Origin: an uncultured Erysipelotrichaceae bacterium
GTDB taxonomy: Bacteria > Bacillota_I > Bacilli_A > RF39 > UBA660
Assembly: GCA_902793315.1 (NCBI GenBank)
Contig: CADBCT010000006.1
Coordinates: 1 to 38,535, forward strand
DNA length: 38,535 nucleotides
Direction of reading: 5' to 3'
Shown: positions 20,492 to 28,723 of the stretch, piece by piece
Numbering within the stretch: the first letter of the stretch is position 1
How the letters are laid out: each line of letters opens with the position of its first letter
Notes under the pieces: model-generated
The model's input: the letters and a program-made list of their open reading frames with translations, nothing else
What the model was told of the DNA's origin: nothing
The model's database searches: none
Position numbers and translations under genes: made by a program

Positions 20492-20520
20492 AATATATCA
20501 CTAAATTTTAATTTTTGCAA
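20492..20520 (-). promoter_or_regulatory. sigma-A type promoter for the T-box leader
   Basis: -35 TTGCAA (20515-20520), a 17-nt spacer and -10 TATATT (20492-20497). Confidence 0.5.
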
Positions 20521-20521
20521 G

Positions 20522-21316
20522 TTATCTTTTTGTCCAACTACCAGGTACCCACATCATTGTACCAAGTCCAATGTAATCTTGCCCTAAACGATAATTAGCA
20601 TATCTAAAGAATCCATTTAAATCACGACAGTTATTATCATTAGGATCAAACAAAGCACAATCTAGGACTGCTAAATGAAGATGAACTCCGGTTGAATAAC
20701 CAGTTGAACCCATTCTTCCTAAACAATCATTAATAGTAACTGGTTTTCCTACATATAAGCCATTTGCATAACTAGACAAGTGTACATATTGCGATGTATA
20801 TTTCTTACCATTAATATTATGTAAAACGGTTACAATTAAAGCTCCAGCACTATCTCTATAAATACTTGAAATTGTACCATTGGCAACCGGAAAAATTAAC
20901 TCTCCTGTACCTCTAGGACTAGTAATATCTAATGCCACATGACCATAATGAGGATTTTGAGTAACAGTACCAATCTCAGTTGGCAAATACCAAATTCTTT
21001 TAGGAACAGTTGGGGTATTTTCAATCTTTCTAACACCAGTAAACTTAACTTCTTGAAATCCTTGACTGTTAGGAAGACTAACTTCCTCAATTTCTGAATT
21101 AGTAGAACCAGTGAATACTGAATCAATTAAACTAAGTTTACTAGTTTCTTTTTTATTAGATACTTTAGTTGCTGCCATATCTTTAATATTTATATATTCA
21201 AAGCTAAGATTATATGTTTGTTCTTTTTTTAAATTATTAACAATCTGTAGCATAACTGCACTTATTACAAATATCAAAGAAATAATTTTAATAATTGTCT
21301 TCTTCTTTTCTTTCAT
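20522..21316 (-). CDS. membrane-anchored M23 family metallopeptidase
   Basis: It has an N-terminal TM helix plus HYGHVALDI and GSTGYSTGVHLHLAV (M23 HxxxD and HxH motifs). The GTG in the track (21325) lies inside the SD AGGTGA, so the ATG at 21316 is preferred. Confidence 0.85.
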   Translation of the reverse strand: MKEKKKTIIKIISLIFVISAVMLQIVNNLKKEQTYNLSFEYINIKDMAATKVSNKKETSKLSLIDSVFTGSTNSEIEEVSLPNSQGFQEVKFTGVRKIENTPTVPKRIWYLPTEIGTVTQNPHYGHVALDITSPRGTGELIFPVANGTISSIYRDSAGALIVTVLHNINGKKYTSQYVHLSSYANGLYVGKPVTINDCLGRMGSTGYSTGVHLHLAVLDCALFDPNDNNCRDLNGFFRYANYRLGQDYIGLGTMMWVPGSWTKR

Positions 21317-21383
21317 ACTAATCACCTAAAAAGTGATGCTTATTATACTAAAAGAAACTTTATTTGTCAATTTAAGAAAGAGC

Positions 21384-23318
21384 TTATCTTCTTTTTTGAT
21401 AAGCTCTTTTATAATCTCTACCAAACCATTCAATTGGATCTTGCTTGTTATTAATATCTGCCTTTCTTCTATTAATTTCTTCTTCTAGTCTTACTAGTTC
21501 CCTATCTTTAGGATTATTGTCATAACAAACTTCTAATGCATGTTCAACTACAATATCTGCTGCTCTTCTCAAAGCTGATGTACAATGGCAATAATGATCT
21601 AATCCCAAACCATCATGAGAGCCTTCTATATCATACCAACCTTTTGGATATAATCCATCAATTAATTGATATAGTTTATTATATTGTTCTCCGCCATAAG
21701 TCTTAGTTAAATTAGCTATTAAAGCCTGTAATTTTTTACTATCAGATTGGCTAACACTATGAACACGATACAAGCAAGGGTAATCATTATCAGCAAAGTA
21801 TTCAGCTACTCTATTACCAGTTAATAACATAGTTTGATAAACTATCTTTTCTGCTCCAATTCGTTGAACTCTTAAGTCTGATAAATCATCAGTACTAGCC
21901 TTAATACTTTCATAAACCTGATCACCTTTATAACGTTTATCCAAAAGATCAGTAACATCATGTAAATTAAAAACTAACTCTTGTAATTCTTTATCTTGAG
22001 TACCATGATTTAATATTTTATCTATTTCTTTATAAGTAGTTTGTTTATTACTTTCAATAATTGTCTTTTGAAATGTTTCATTAACAATATTACCTGTACT
22101 ATCTATCTCAAAAAAATAACTTCTAGCTAATTTAGGCATACCAGTAATCAATGATCCAGTCTTAGCAGAAAACTCATATGGAAAAATAGGAATTGTACGA
22201 TTATAATCATTTTCCTTACTCTGATATTTATTAGATAAATAAATAGATCTACCTCTATTTATAGCTTCTTCTACTATTTGATCATCATAAGAAAAATAAC
22301 CTAGAACTGAAGCTATGTGCACACCTAACAAATAATTTCCATTAGGTAGTTTTCTACAACTTAAAGCATCATCTATTTCAATAGCATTTTCTCCATCAAT
22401 AGTAATAATATAATCATCAACATACATTCTATTTTCTATATTTTGATCATTAATCTTAATTAATCTAGCTTTTTCTAAAATATCTTCATTAAAATATACA
22501 TTAATATTATATTTATTAGCTAACATTTCTATTCGAGTATCTTTAGAAGTATCACCTTTAATAATATCAACTAAACTATTTAACCATTCAATCTTAATTT
22601 TATTCTTTTTAGCATAACTTTTTTTAACACTAAGTTTATCGATAGCTGCGTATATCAAATCTAAAGTTTTTCTCTTTTCTTTTTCAGTTAAATTCAAACT
22701 TCTTTGAGATAATAATAAAGAAATTAAATTACTAAAATAAAGAGCTTTTTCTTCTTCATTATCTTTAACACTTTTAATATATTTTTTAACTATATTTCTA
22801 AATAATGAAATATCTTCTTTATCTTTAGCATTTACTAAAGTTGGCATTTTATTAAAAGTATATTCTAAATAATTAATATCTTGTTTCTCTTCTACCAAAT
22901 AATTAACTAAATCATATTGTTTAGTATCTTTAATTACTGCTTGCTCATCTATTCCTTCTAGTTCTTCTCTTACCGATTCTAATTCTTGAATAGCATTTTT
23001 TACATTTTGAAATTTATTTTTATTTTCTAATTCAATACGATCAATTCTCTCATCTAATTTATTAATTTTACGAGCTACTTTTTTACGATCTACTGTATCA
23101 TTAGTACTTAAAACTATACTAATACATTTAAACAAATCTCTTACTCGTTCTAATGATTCCAATCCAGTAACTAAATCTAATTCTTTATTTATTACACGAA
23201 AAATAATATCGATAGTTTCATCAGCATTTTTTGAAGCATAGGTACAAAGCATTTCTTCGCTTATCATTGGCCCTTTGCCCTTAACAAAATTTACTAATGT
23301 CTTTTCGATATTACTCAT
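21384..23318 (-). CDS. RNB-domain (RNase II/R family) exoribonuclease with an atypical helical N-terminal half
   Basis: TIDGENAIEIDDALSC, GVHIASV and TSALRRAADIVVEH match RNB motifs. I recognised no cold-shock or S1 domains. Its SD lies inside the last codons of dnaI. Confidence 0.75.
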   Translation of the reverse strand: MSNIEKTLVNFVKGKGPMISEEMLCTYASKNADETIDIIFRVINKELDLVTGLESLERVRDLFKCISIVLSTNDTVDRKKVARKINKLDERIDRIELENKNKFQNVKNAIQELESVREELEGIDEQAVIKDTKQYDLVNYLVEEKQDINYLEYTFNKMPTLVNAKDKEDISLFRNIVKKYIKSVKDNEEEKALYFSNLISLLLSQRSLNLTEKEKRKTLDLIYAAIDKLSVKKSYAKKNKIKIEWLNSLVDIIKGDTSKDTRIEMLANKYNINVYFNEDILEKARLIKINDQNIENRMYVDDYIITIDGENAIEIDDALSCRKLPNGNYLLGVHIASVLGYFSYDDQIVEEAINRGRSIYLSNKYQSKENDYNRTIPIFPYEFSAKTGSLITGMPKLARSYFFEIDSTGNIVNETFQKTIIESNKQTTYKEIDKILNHGTQDKELQELVFNLHDVTDLLDKRYKGDQVYESIKASTDDLSDLRVQRIGAEKIVYQTMLLTGNRVAEYFADNDYPCLYRVHSVSQSDSKKLQALIANLTKTYGGEQYNKLYQLIDGLYPKGWYDIEGSHDGLGLDHYCHCTSALRRAADIVVEHALEVCYDNNPKDRELVRLEEEINRRKADINNKQDPIEWFGRDYKRAYQKRR

Positions 23319-23322
23319 TTTA

Positions 23323-24225
23323 TCAATCCCTCCTGTTTTTACTAATTAGTTCTAATGGAACTGTCAATTGTTTAATTCGTTCAATTATTCTTCGAGCTTT
23401 AACTTTATCAACACCAGATGATGTAATAGAAAGGGATTTTTCCAATTCACTTAAAGTTAAATTTGAAGTAAAGAATGTTGGTAAGTGATTTTCCATTCGA
23501 TATTGTAATAATGGCCCTAATATTTCATCTCTTGACCAATTACTACAGTTCTCTGCACCTATATCATCTAATAGTAATAAAGGTACTCTTCTAATATATT
23601 CAAATCTCTCATTAAAATCTATTCCAAATGAAGCTTTTAAACTTCTTAAGAATTCCGGATAATAAATTAACACAGATTTTTCTCCTTTCTTGGCCATTTC
23701 ATTAAATAAAGCTGCGATTAAATAAGTTTTACCAGAACCAAAAGATCCAGTAAGATAAATACCTTTAGGTTTCTCAGGTTTTTTATAATCTTCCATAAAT
23801 TCTTTAAAATATTTAACAATTGGAAGTCTAGCTTTATCATCTTTATAAATATCTTTAAAAGATGCTTCTTTTATTTCAATTGGCAATTCATATAAATCTA
23901 AATTATCCTTATAAGAATTACTCTCTCTAACTTTTCTTTCTTTAGAACATTCATCATAACTAAAACTAATAATACTACCTTCTGGATTAGGTGTATATTT
24001 ATAACCTCTAATTCTGTTTTTACAAGAACTAAGTCCTTTACAATTACTACAATTTTTACATTCCAAAAAAGCATCTTGTAAGGAAGATGTATATTTAATA
24101 AGAATTTCTTCTTTAATATTTAATCCGTAAACAAAATCTTTAAAATCTTTATCTGCGCAAGCATCTTGAAAAGAATGGGTAAGTTCAGTTAAATCTTCTT
24201 TAAACATATCTTTTTTATTTTTCAT
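23323..24225 (-). CDS. dnaI: primosomal helicase loader DnaI
   Basis: It has an N-terminal Cys cluster (CKNCSNCKGLSSC), Walker A GSFGSGKTYL and Walker B LLLDDIGAE. Confidence 0.85.
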   Translation of the reverse strand: MKNKKDMFKEDLTELTHSFQDACADKDFKDFVYGLNIKEEILIKYTSSLQDAFLECKNCSNCKGLSSCKNRIRGYKYTPNPEGSIISFSYDECSKERKVRESNSYKDNLDLYELPIEIKEASFKDIYKDDKARLPIVKYFKEFMEDYKKPEKPKGIYLTGSFGSGKTYLIAALFNEMAKKGEKSVLIYYPEFLRSLKASFGIDFNERFEYIRRVPLLLLDDIGAENCSNWSRDEILGPLLQYRMENHLPTFFTSNLTLSELEKSLSITSSGVDKVKARRIIERIKQLTVPLELISKNRRD

Positions 24226-24278
24226 AAACTCACCACCTATACTTTATTTTACACAATTGTAGTGTAAAAGTCCACCTT

Positions 24279-24761
24279 TTAATTACTTGAATTATCTTTA
24301 AAATCACTTGGTAGTGCTACTATTTTAGCAATTATTAAAACAATCATTTTTTTATCAGGATCTAGTATACTAACTTCACACTTTCTATTTGCCGAAAGTA
24401 TCTCTTTGGTAATTATACTAATTTGCTTATTAGTCTCATCAAATATAGTAAAATGTAATCCCCTAGCATCTCCTTCTACTCTATAACCATTACTTAACGT
24501 ATAAAGATATTGTCCAACTTTTACTTCCATCTTAATAGTAAAAGCCAAAGTATTATTCATATAAACATCATATTTTGGCAAAAAATTTAATAATTTTCTT
24601 TCAATTTTAGCTACTTCATTACCATCAGTATCAATCATTGTTGCCTTTGGTGTGATTGTTATAATAGGACTAGAAAATCTATATTCTTCAATATTATTTT
24701 CGTTTTTTATAGAAAATCCACTATTTAAAGAAACTAAATCTTTTACAATATAATATTTCAT
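24279..24761 (-). CDS. LURP-one-related / YxjI family protein (tubby C-terminal-like fold)
   Basis: MKYYIVKDLVSLNSGFSIKNENN...AKIERKLLNFLPKYDVYMNN... closely follows the B. subtilis YxjI pattern (MK.YI.QK..SL.DKF.V.DE.G..). It has its own extended -10 (TGGTATAAT, 24780-24788). Confidence 0.75.
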   Translation of the reverse strand: MKYYIVKDLVSLNSGFSIKNENNIEEYRFSSPIITITPKATMIDTDGNEVAKIERKLLNFLPKYDVYMNNTLAFTIKMEVKVGQYLYTLSNGYRVEGDARGLHFTIFDETNKQISIITKEILSANRKCEVSILDPDKKMIVLIIAKIVALPSDFKDNSSN

Positions 24762-24809
24762 CTTATCAACTCCCTATTTATTATACCACAATAAAAAAAA
24801 GTCTATAAA

Positions 24810-25577
24810 CTATTGTCTATAAACTTTCTTTAATATCTTTACATAGTCATTAGGTAAATTTGAGATTGTATCTTTCTTTTGAATATCATTCATTCCATAT
24901 AAACTTTCGGTAACTGATCCAACTATACAACAATTAGTATCTGTATCGCCACCCATTAATAATGTTTTTCTAATTGAATCTTCAAATGAATTAGAATTAT
25001 ATATAGCATAAAGACAATTACTTAATGTTTCCTTACATGTTGTATTAAACTTTTTAAATGGTTCATATTTTACTAATAAATTTAATTTTCTAAATACTTC
25101 TTCTTTAGATAATCCATTTCTAAAATAAAATATCATTAAAGCTATAATAGTTGCTGAATCAATTGCTTCTTTTGAATTATGTGAAGGAATTGTTACTAAT
25201 TTGGCATTTTCGATTACTTCTTCTTCACTATTGAATAAATATCCTGTTGGTGAAACTCTCATCATAGCTCCATTTCCAATACTGTCATTTCTTCCAATTC
25301 CTTTTGCCCATTTTATTGTTCCAGGTGAAAAAGGATTCTTAAAGTATGGTTTGAAATTAGGTTTATAATCAATATTATCTAATATATATTTTCTTAAAGT
25401 TTGTTCATAATCTTTATTATTAATAATCGCATCTATCACTGCAATAGTTTCAATAGTATCATCACTATAAAATGAATTGGGTAATATTAATTCTTTAGGA
25501 TTAATACTCGTTATTTCTTTTAATTGTTCAAATTCATATATGCTTCCTGCTTTATCTCCATATATAGCTCCTAACAT
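24810..25577 (-). CDS. ADP-ribosylglycohydrolase family protein
   Basis: GAIYGDKAGS.YEF, GNGAMMRVSP and GGDTDTNCCIVGS are ARH/DraG family signatures. Confidence 0.85.
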   Translation of the reverse strand: MLGAIYGDKAGSIYEFEQLKEITSINPKELILPNSFYSDDTIETIAVIDAIINNKDYEQTLRKYILDNIDYKPNFKPYFKNPFSPGTIKWAKGIGRNDSIGNGAMMRVSPTGYLFNSEEEVIENAKLVTIPSHNSKEAIDSATIIALMIFYFRNGLSKEEVFRKLNLLVKYEPFKKFNTTCKETLSNCLYAIYNSNSFEDSIRKTLLMGGDTDTNCCIVGSVTESLYGMNDIQKKDTISNLPNDYVKILKKVYRQ

Positions 25578-25603
25578 ACTATCACCACCTATTTAGACTA
25601 TTA

Positions 25604-26110
25604 TTATTTTACCAATTTCTTATTCTCAACAACTGGTCTTATCATAGAAGTAGTATCAATTATTTCTGCATTATCTATTTTTCTTATAATTTTATATCTA
25701 GAATTTTCATCAAATAAATAAGAAAATAGTTCTTCTTCAGTAGGAATTATATCGTAAAATAATATTTCATGATCAAAAGAAGATGATTCTATTTTTTCTT
25801 GACCATTTTTAATACCATTACCTGATTCTAAGATAATTTCATATGCACTATTCTCACAATATAGACATTTTAAAATATCACATGTTTCATTTGAACAATC
25901 ATTTAGCTGTTTATATCTAAATAGTGCCCTAGCTTTTATTTCATTGCTATTAACATCCATCAAATCACTCAATGTACCAGCGTTTGGATGAGATACCATA
26001 TAATATAAAACCTGTTTTTTCCTAGATTCCCTAGATTTTTTTCTTTCCAATTCCTCAAGTTCTAATCTTATTTTTTCTAAGTATTGCTCCCATGTTAAAT
26101 CATTATCCAT
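25604..26110 (-). CDS. hypothetical protein (N-terminal coiled coil, central Cys cluster), first gene of a two-gene unit with the ARH
   Basis: 168 aa with a GGGGAGAAAG SD. It lies 26 nt upstream of the ARH gene. I recognise no motif. Confidence 0.55.
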   Translation of the reverse strand: MDNDLTWEQYLEKIRLELEELERKKSRESRKKQVLYYMVSHPNAGTLSDLMDVNSNEIKARALFRYKQLNDCSNETCDILKCLYCENSAYEIILESGNGIKNGQEKIESSSFDHEILFYDIIPTEEELFSYLFDENSRYKIIRKIDNAEIIDTTSMIRPVVENKKLVK

Positions 26111-26145
26111 AAACTTTCTCCCCTAATTGCTTTTATACGACGCAT

Positions 26146-26174
26146 ATTATAACACATAAGTTAATTTTTCACAA
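26146..26174 (-). promoter_or_regulatory. promoter for the 168-aa ORF/ARH pair
   Basis: -35 TTGTGA (26169-26174), a 17-nt spacer and an extended -10 TGTTATAAT (-10 hexamer at 26146-26151). Confidence 0.55.
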
Positions 26175-26213
26175 CGTTTTTGTTTTTATGAATTTTCCTA
26201 TAAACAATAACAA

Positions 26214-26243
26214 TTAATAAAAAAGATTACAAAATGCAATCTT
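26214..26243 (-). terminator. rho-independent terminator after the 72-aa gene
   Basis: The minus strand reads AAGATTGC-ATTT-TGTAATCTT (one mismatch) followed by TTTTTATT. Confidence 0.5.
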
Positions 26244-26302
26244 CTTTTGAACAGGTTTTATTTTTTTTATATACTTATATGATTTACAATTAGATATTAC
26301 TA

Positions 26303-26521
26303 TCATAGATCTGGAAAAAGTTTTTTTAAAACTTCAATTGTTTCTTCTAAAAACTCATTTTCAAATAAAGGGATGTTCTTGTCTATTTCAAAATCATAAG
26401 AACTATCTTTAATACTATCTAAATACATCACAAAATTCTCGGGAATACTTTTTTTAAGTTCACTATCTAAATATTTTATTATTTCTAGTAGTTCGACAGC
26501 ACTCATTGAACTAACATTCAT
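26303..26521 (-). CDS. small acidic hypothetical protein (72 aa), coupled to the transglutaminase-like gene
   Basis: The ATG at 26521 lies 1 nt after the upstream TAA. The SD AGGAGGAAA sits inside the upstream gene's last codons. The start in the track (26566) is an unsupported extension. Confidence 0.6.
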   Translation of the reverse strand: MNVSSMSAVELLEIIKYLDSELKKSIPENFVMYLDSIKDSSYDFEIDKNIPLFENEFLEETIEVLKKLFPDL

Positions 26522-26522
26522 A

Positions 26523-27929
26523 TTATTTCCTCCTTGGTATTGCATCTTCAATTCTTTCCGCAACACTCTTCTTTATTTTCAATGCATATTTTTTAAACAA
26601 ATCACGTAAAGATTGAGCATGAATTACATAATTGCTATTCCATTCTATAACTCTATTTGTAGAATCATTTATTTCTTGTCTATCATAATTTTCACATTGA
26701 AATTGACTTATGATATCCTTGTAGTCATCATGCCCAAATGTTTCATTTGAAGTTAAAAAATCACTAGATTCAGCTAATGAATGAATCATTCCTCTTTGCA
26801 TTCTTTCAACTATCCATGTATTATCAATAAAATATTGTTTACCCTCTATTGTAACAAGATTAAAAGAATGTCCTTCAAAATCATTATCCATTAGACTATC
26901 ATCAGATGAATCCAATTTTTCACATTCTATTCCTAATGAATCAAGTATATACTTTGTAAATCCCGCAAAGTGTCTACACACTCCTTCTCCTCTTGAAATA
27001 AATTGAGTCAAATTAATATCTTCTGTATCTTGATTTGCTTTAGATTTTTCATACATGTCATAATCATATTTAAAATAATTAATCATAAACAATGTAACAT
27101 AAGTTATAATATCCAATTCACTTGCATCTGAAGGAATATGTGATTTTATTAATTCAATATTTTTTTCTAAATCATATAATTGTTCAAAGGAATCATATTT
27201 TATATCTCTGAATTGTATATTTAATTTTTTATTACTCGAATTTTGTACCGATGTATTTTGAACAATTAATTCTCTAGCGTTCTTAGGATACTTTTCATTA
27301 AACAGATTATCATCTACCACAATTAATATTTCATCTTCAGGTATATATGGAATAATACTATCCAAATTTTGTAATGACTCAGCATCTTTAATCTCAATTC
27401 TAAATCTTATGTTTTTTATTCTTTTACATAATTCAACTATTTTTTCGTATGTATTTGAATCTATTCTATTAATTATAACTACAGGTGATGAATCATCACT
27501 AAATGTAAATTTTCTTACTAGTTCATGTATCATGTCTATATCCATCCATCCATAGCAAGCAAACTGAAGATTTACATGTGATAATTTAAATAGTAAATTC
27601 ATTTTTTCCATGTCTAAATTATTACTAATCATAATTTCAACAAAAACATTATCATCTAATTGATTAATTATATCTACTGTTTCTTCATCGAAGCTATTTA
27701 ACAGTACTCTTAAATAATATGGTTTTTCAAATAATTCTGGATTTAATTGATACACTTTTATCACATCATAAACATCATTAACAGATTTTATATCATCACA
27801 AGGAATACAACAATCATATAGAATACTAATTATTTGTATTTCATCTTTTGTGGGAATTGAAATAGGCAATATAATAGTTTCTTTATTTTGATCTTGTTCA
27901 ATAATTTCTTTTAACTCTTTAAAAGTCAT
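26523..27929 (-). CDS. cytoplasmic protein with a C-terminal transglutaminase-like cysteine protease core
   Basis: GEGVCRHFAGF (Cys), EGHSFN (His) and FIDNTW (Asp) form the transglutaminase-core triad in the usual order. The N-terminal ~300 aa is unassigned. A GGAGGA SD precedes the ATG at 27929 (MTFKELKEII), and there is no signal peptide. Confidence 0.7.
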   Translation of the reverse strand: MTFKELKEIIEQDQNKETIILPISIPTKDEIQIISILYDCCIPCDDIKSVNDVYDVIKVYQLNPELFEKPYYLRVLLNSFDEETVDIINQLDDNVFVEIMISNNLDMEKMNLLFKLSHVNLQFACYGWMDIDMIHELVRKFTFSDDSSPVVIINRIDSNTYEKIVELCKRIKNIRFRIEIKDAESLQNLDSIIPYIPEDEILIVVDDNLFNEKYPKNARELIVQNTSVQNSSNKKLNIQFRDIKYDSFEQLYDLEKNIELIKSHIPSDASELDIITYVTLFMINYFKYDYDMYEKSKANQDTEDINLTQFISRGEGVCRHFAGFTKYILDSLGIECEKLDSSDDSLMDNDFEGHSFNLVTIEGKQYFIDNTWIVERMQRGMIHSLAESSDFLTSNETFGHDDYKDIISQFQCENYDRQEINDSTNRVIEWNSNYVIHAQSLRDLFKKYALKIKKSVAERIEDAIPRRK

Positions 27930-27948
27930 ATTACATCCTCCTATATGC

Positions 27949-27976
27949 ATTATATCACACAAATTTCATTTTCTAA
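27949..27976 (-). promoter_or_regulatory. promoter for the transglutaminase-like operon
   Basis: -35 TTAGAA (27971-27976), a 16-nt spacer and an extended -10 TGATATAAT (-10 hexamer at 27949-27954). Confidence 0.5.
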
Positions 27977-27986
27977 CTACACTCCT

Positions 27987-28112
27987 TTCTTTTTCTAAAT
28001 AATTATATGATCCACAATTAAAGATAACTTTATCTACTCTAAAATTATTTACTAAAGTAAGGGATTTTCCCATATGATCACTATCCCCACGTGGTGGCAT
28101 ACGTTTATGCAT
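27987..28112 (-). pseudogene. displaced comEC 3'-end remnant (copy 3), truncated after 42 codons
   Basis: It reads MHKRMPPRGDSDHMGKSLTLVNNFRVDKVIFNCGSYNYLEKE. From GDSDH onward, 31 of 34 aa are identical to resident ComEC, and the nucleotide sequence is near-identical to 31902..32000. Homology stops abruptly at 27987. Confidence 0.85.
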
Positions 28113-28123
28113 ATGAATAAAAT

Positions 28124-28153
28124 AATAAAAAAACTATCTTTCAAGATAGTTTT
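28124..28153 (-). terminator. rho-independent terminator after the HD hydrolase gene
   Basis: The minus strand reads AAACTATCTT..AAGATAGTTT followed by TTTTTTATTATTTT. Confidence 0.6.
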
Positions 28154-28697
28154 AAGATTCAAAATATTCATAAACAATTTCATTATATCTTTTTAATAAT
28201 TGATTGTTACTTATTCTTGAATTAAATAATTTCTTTAATTCAAGATAATACCATTTTAACTCATCAAAATTACTTGCCTCAGTAACAAGAAAATCTTTAC
28301 CATATATTTTATATTGTTCATAATCAGAAATAAGATTTTGTAACTTATCTGCAATTTCTACAATAAGTATATCATCATTTATTTTTTCTAGTCGATTTAG
28401 AAATTCTTTTTTTCTTTCAACATAATTTGCAATATTTTGATTTTCACTTAATACTAATACACCATCAGCTATTTTTTTACCATATCTATTCAATAAATCT
28501 TCATACGTATATTTTGTATCTTCAATAATATCATGTAAATAGCCGATATATACAATTTCTTCATCGCATCCTAAATTTTTTAGCATATTTCCAACCATTA
28601 TACTGTGAAATGCCAAACTTATATCTTCTTTTGCTCTTTTTAAATTATTAAAAGCCATAAAAACAAAATGAATTATATCTTCTTCCAATTCATACAT
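28152..28697 (-). CDS. stand-alone RelA/SpoT-type HD hydrolase (small alarmone hydrolase-like)
   Basis: HSIMVGNMLKNLGCDEEIVYIGYLHDIIEDTKYTYEDLLNRYGKKIADGVLVLSE follows the RSH hydrolase pattern H.I.V...L....D......LHD..EDT......FG......V. The ATG at 28697 follows the SD GGAAGTGA. Confidence 0.75.
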   Translation of the reverse strand: MYELEEDIIHFVFMAFNNLKRAKEDISLAFHSIMVGNMLKNLGCDEEIVYIGYLHDIIEDTKYTYEDLLNRYGKKIADGVLVLSENQNIANYVERKKEFLNRLEKINDDILIVEIADKLQNLISDYEQYKIYGKDFLVTEASNFDELKWYYLELKKLFNSRISNNQLLKRYNEIVYEYFES

Positions 28698-28723
28698 TAT
28701 TATCACTTCCTATAAATATTATA

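Noticed and set aside
20929-21329. ORFs 20929..21126 (-) and 21111..21329 (+)
   Set aside because: They lie out of frame or antisense within the M23 peptidase gene, which carries clear catalytic motifs.
23297-23488. 63-aa plus-strand ORF
   Set aside because: It lies antisense across the dnaI/RNB junction.
24801-24824. Direct repeat gtctataaac-tatt-gtctataaac between the ARH and yxjI-like genes
   Set aside because: It is 10 nt and AT-rich. One copy overlaps the ARH stop codon region. It is most likely chance or part of a weak terminator/promoter region, with no further copies seen.
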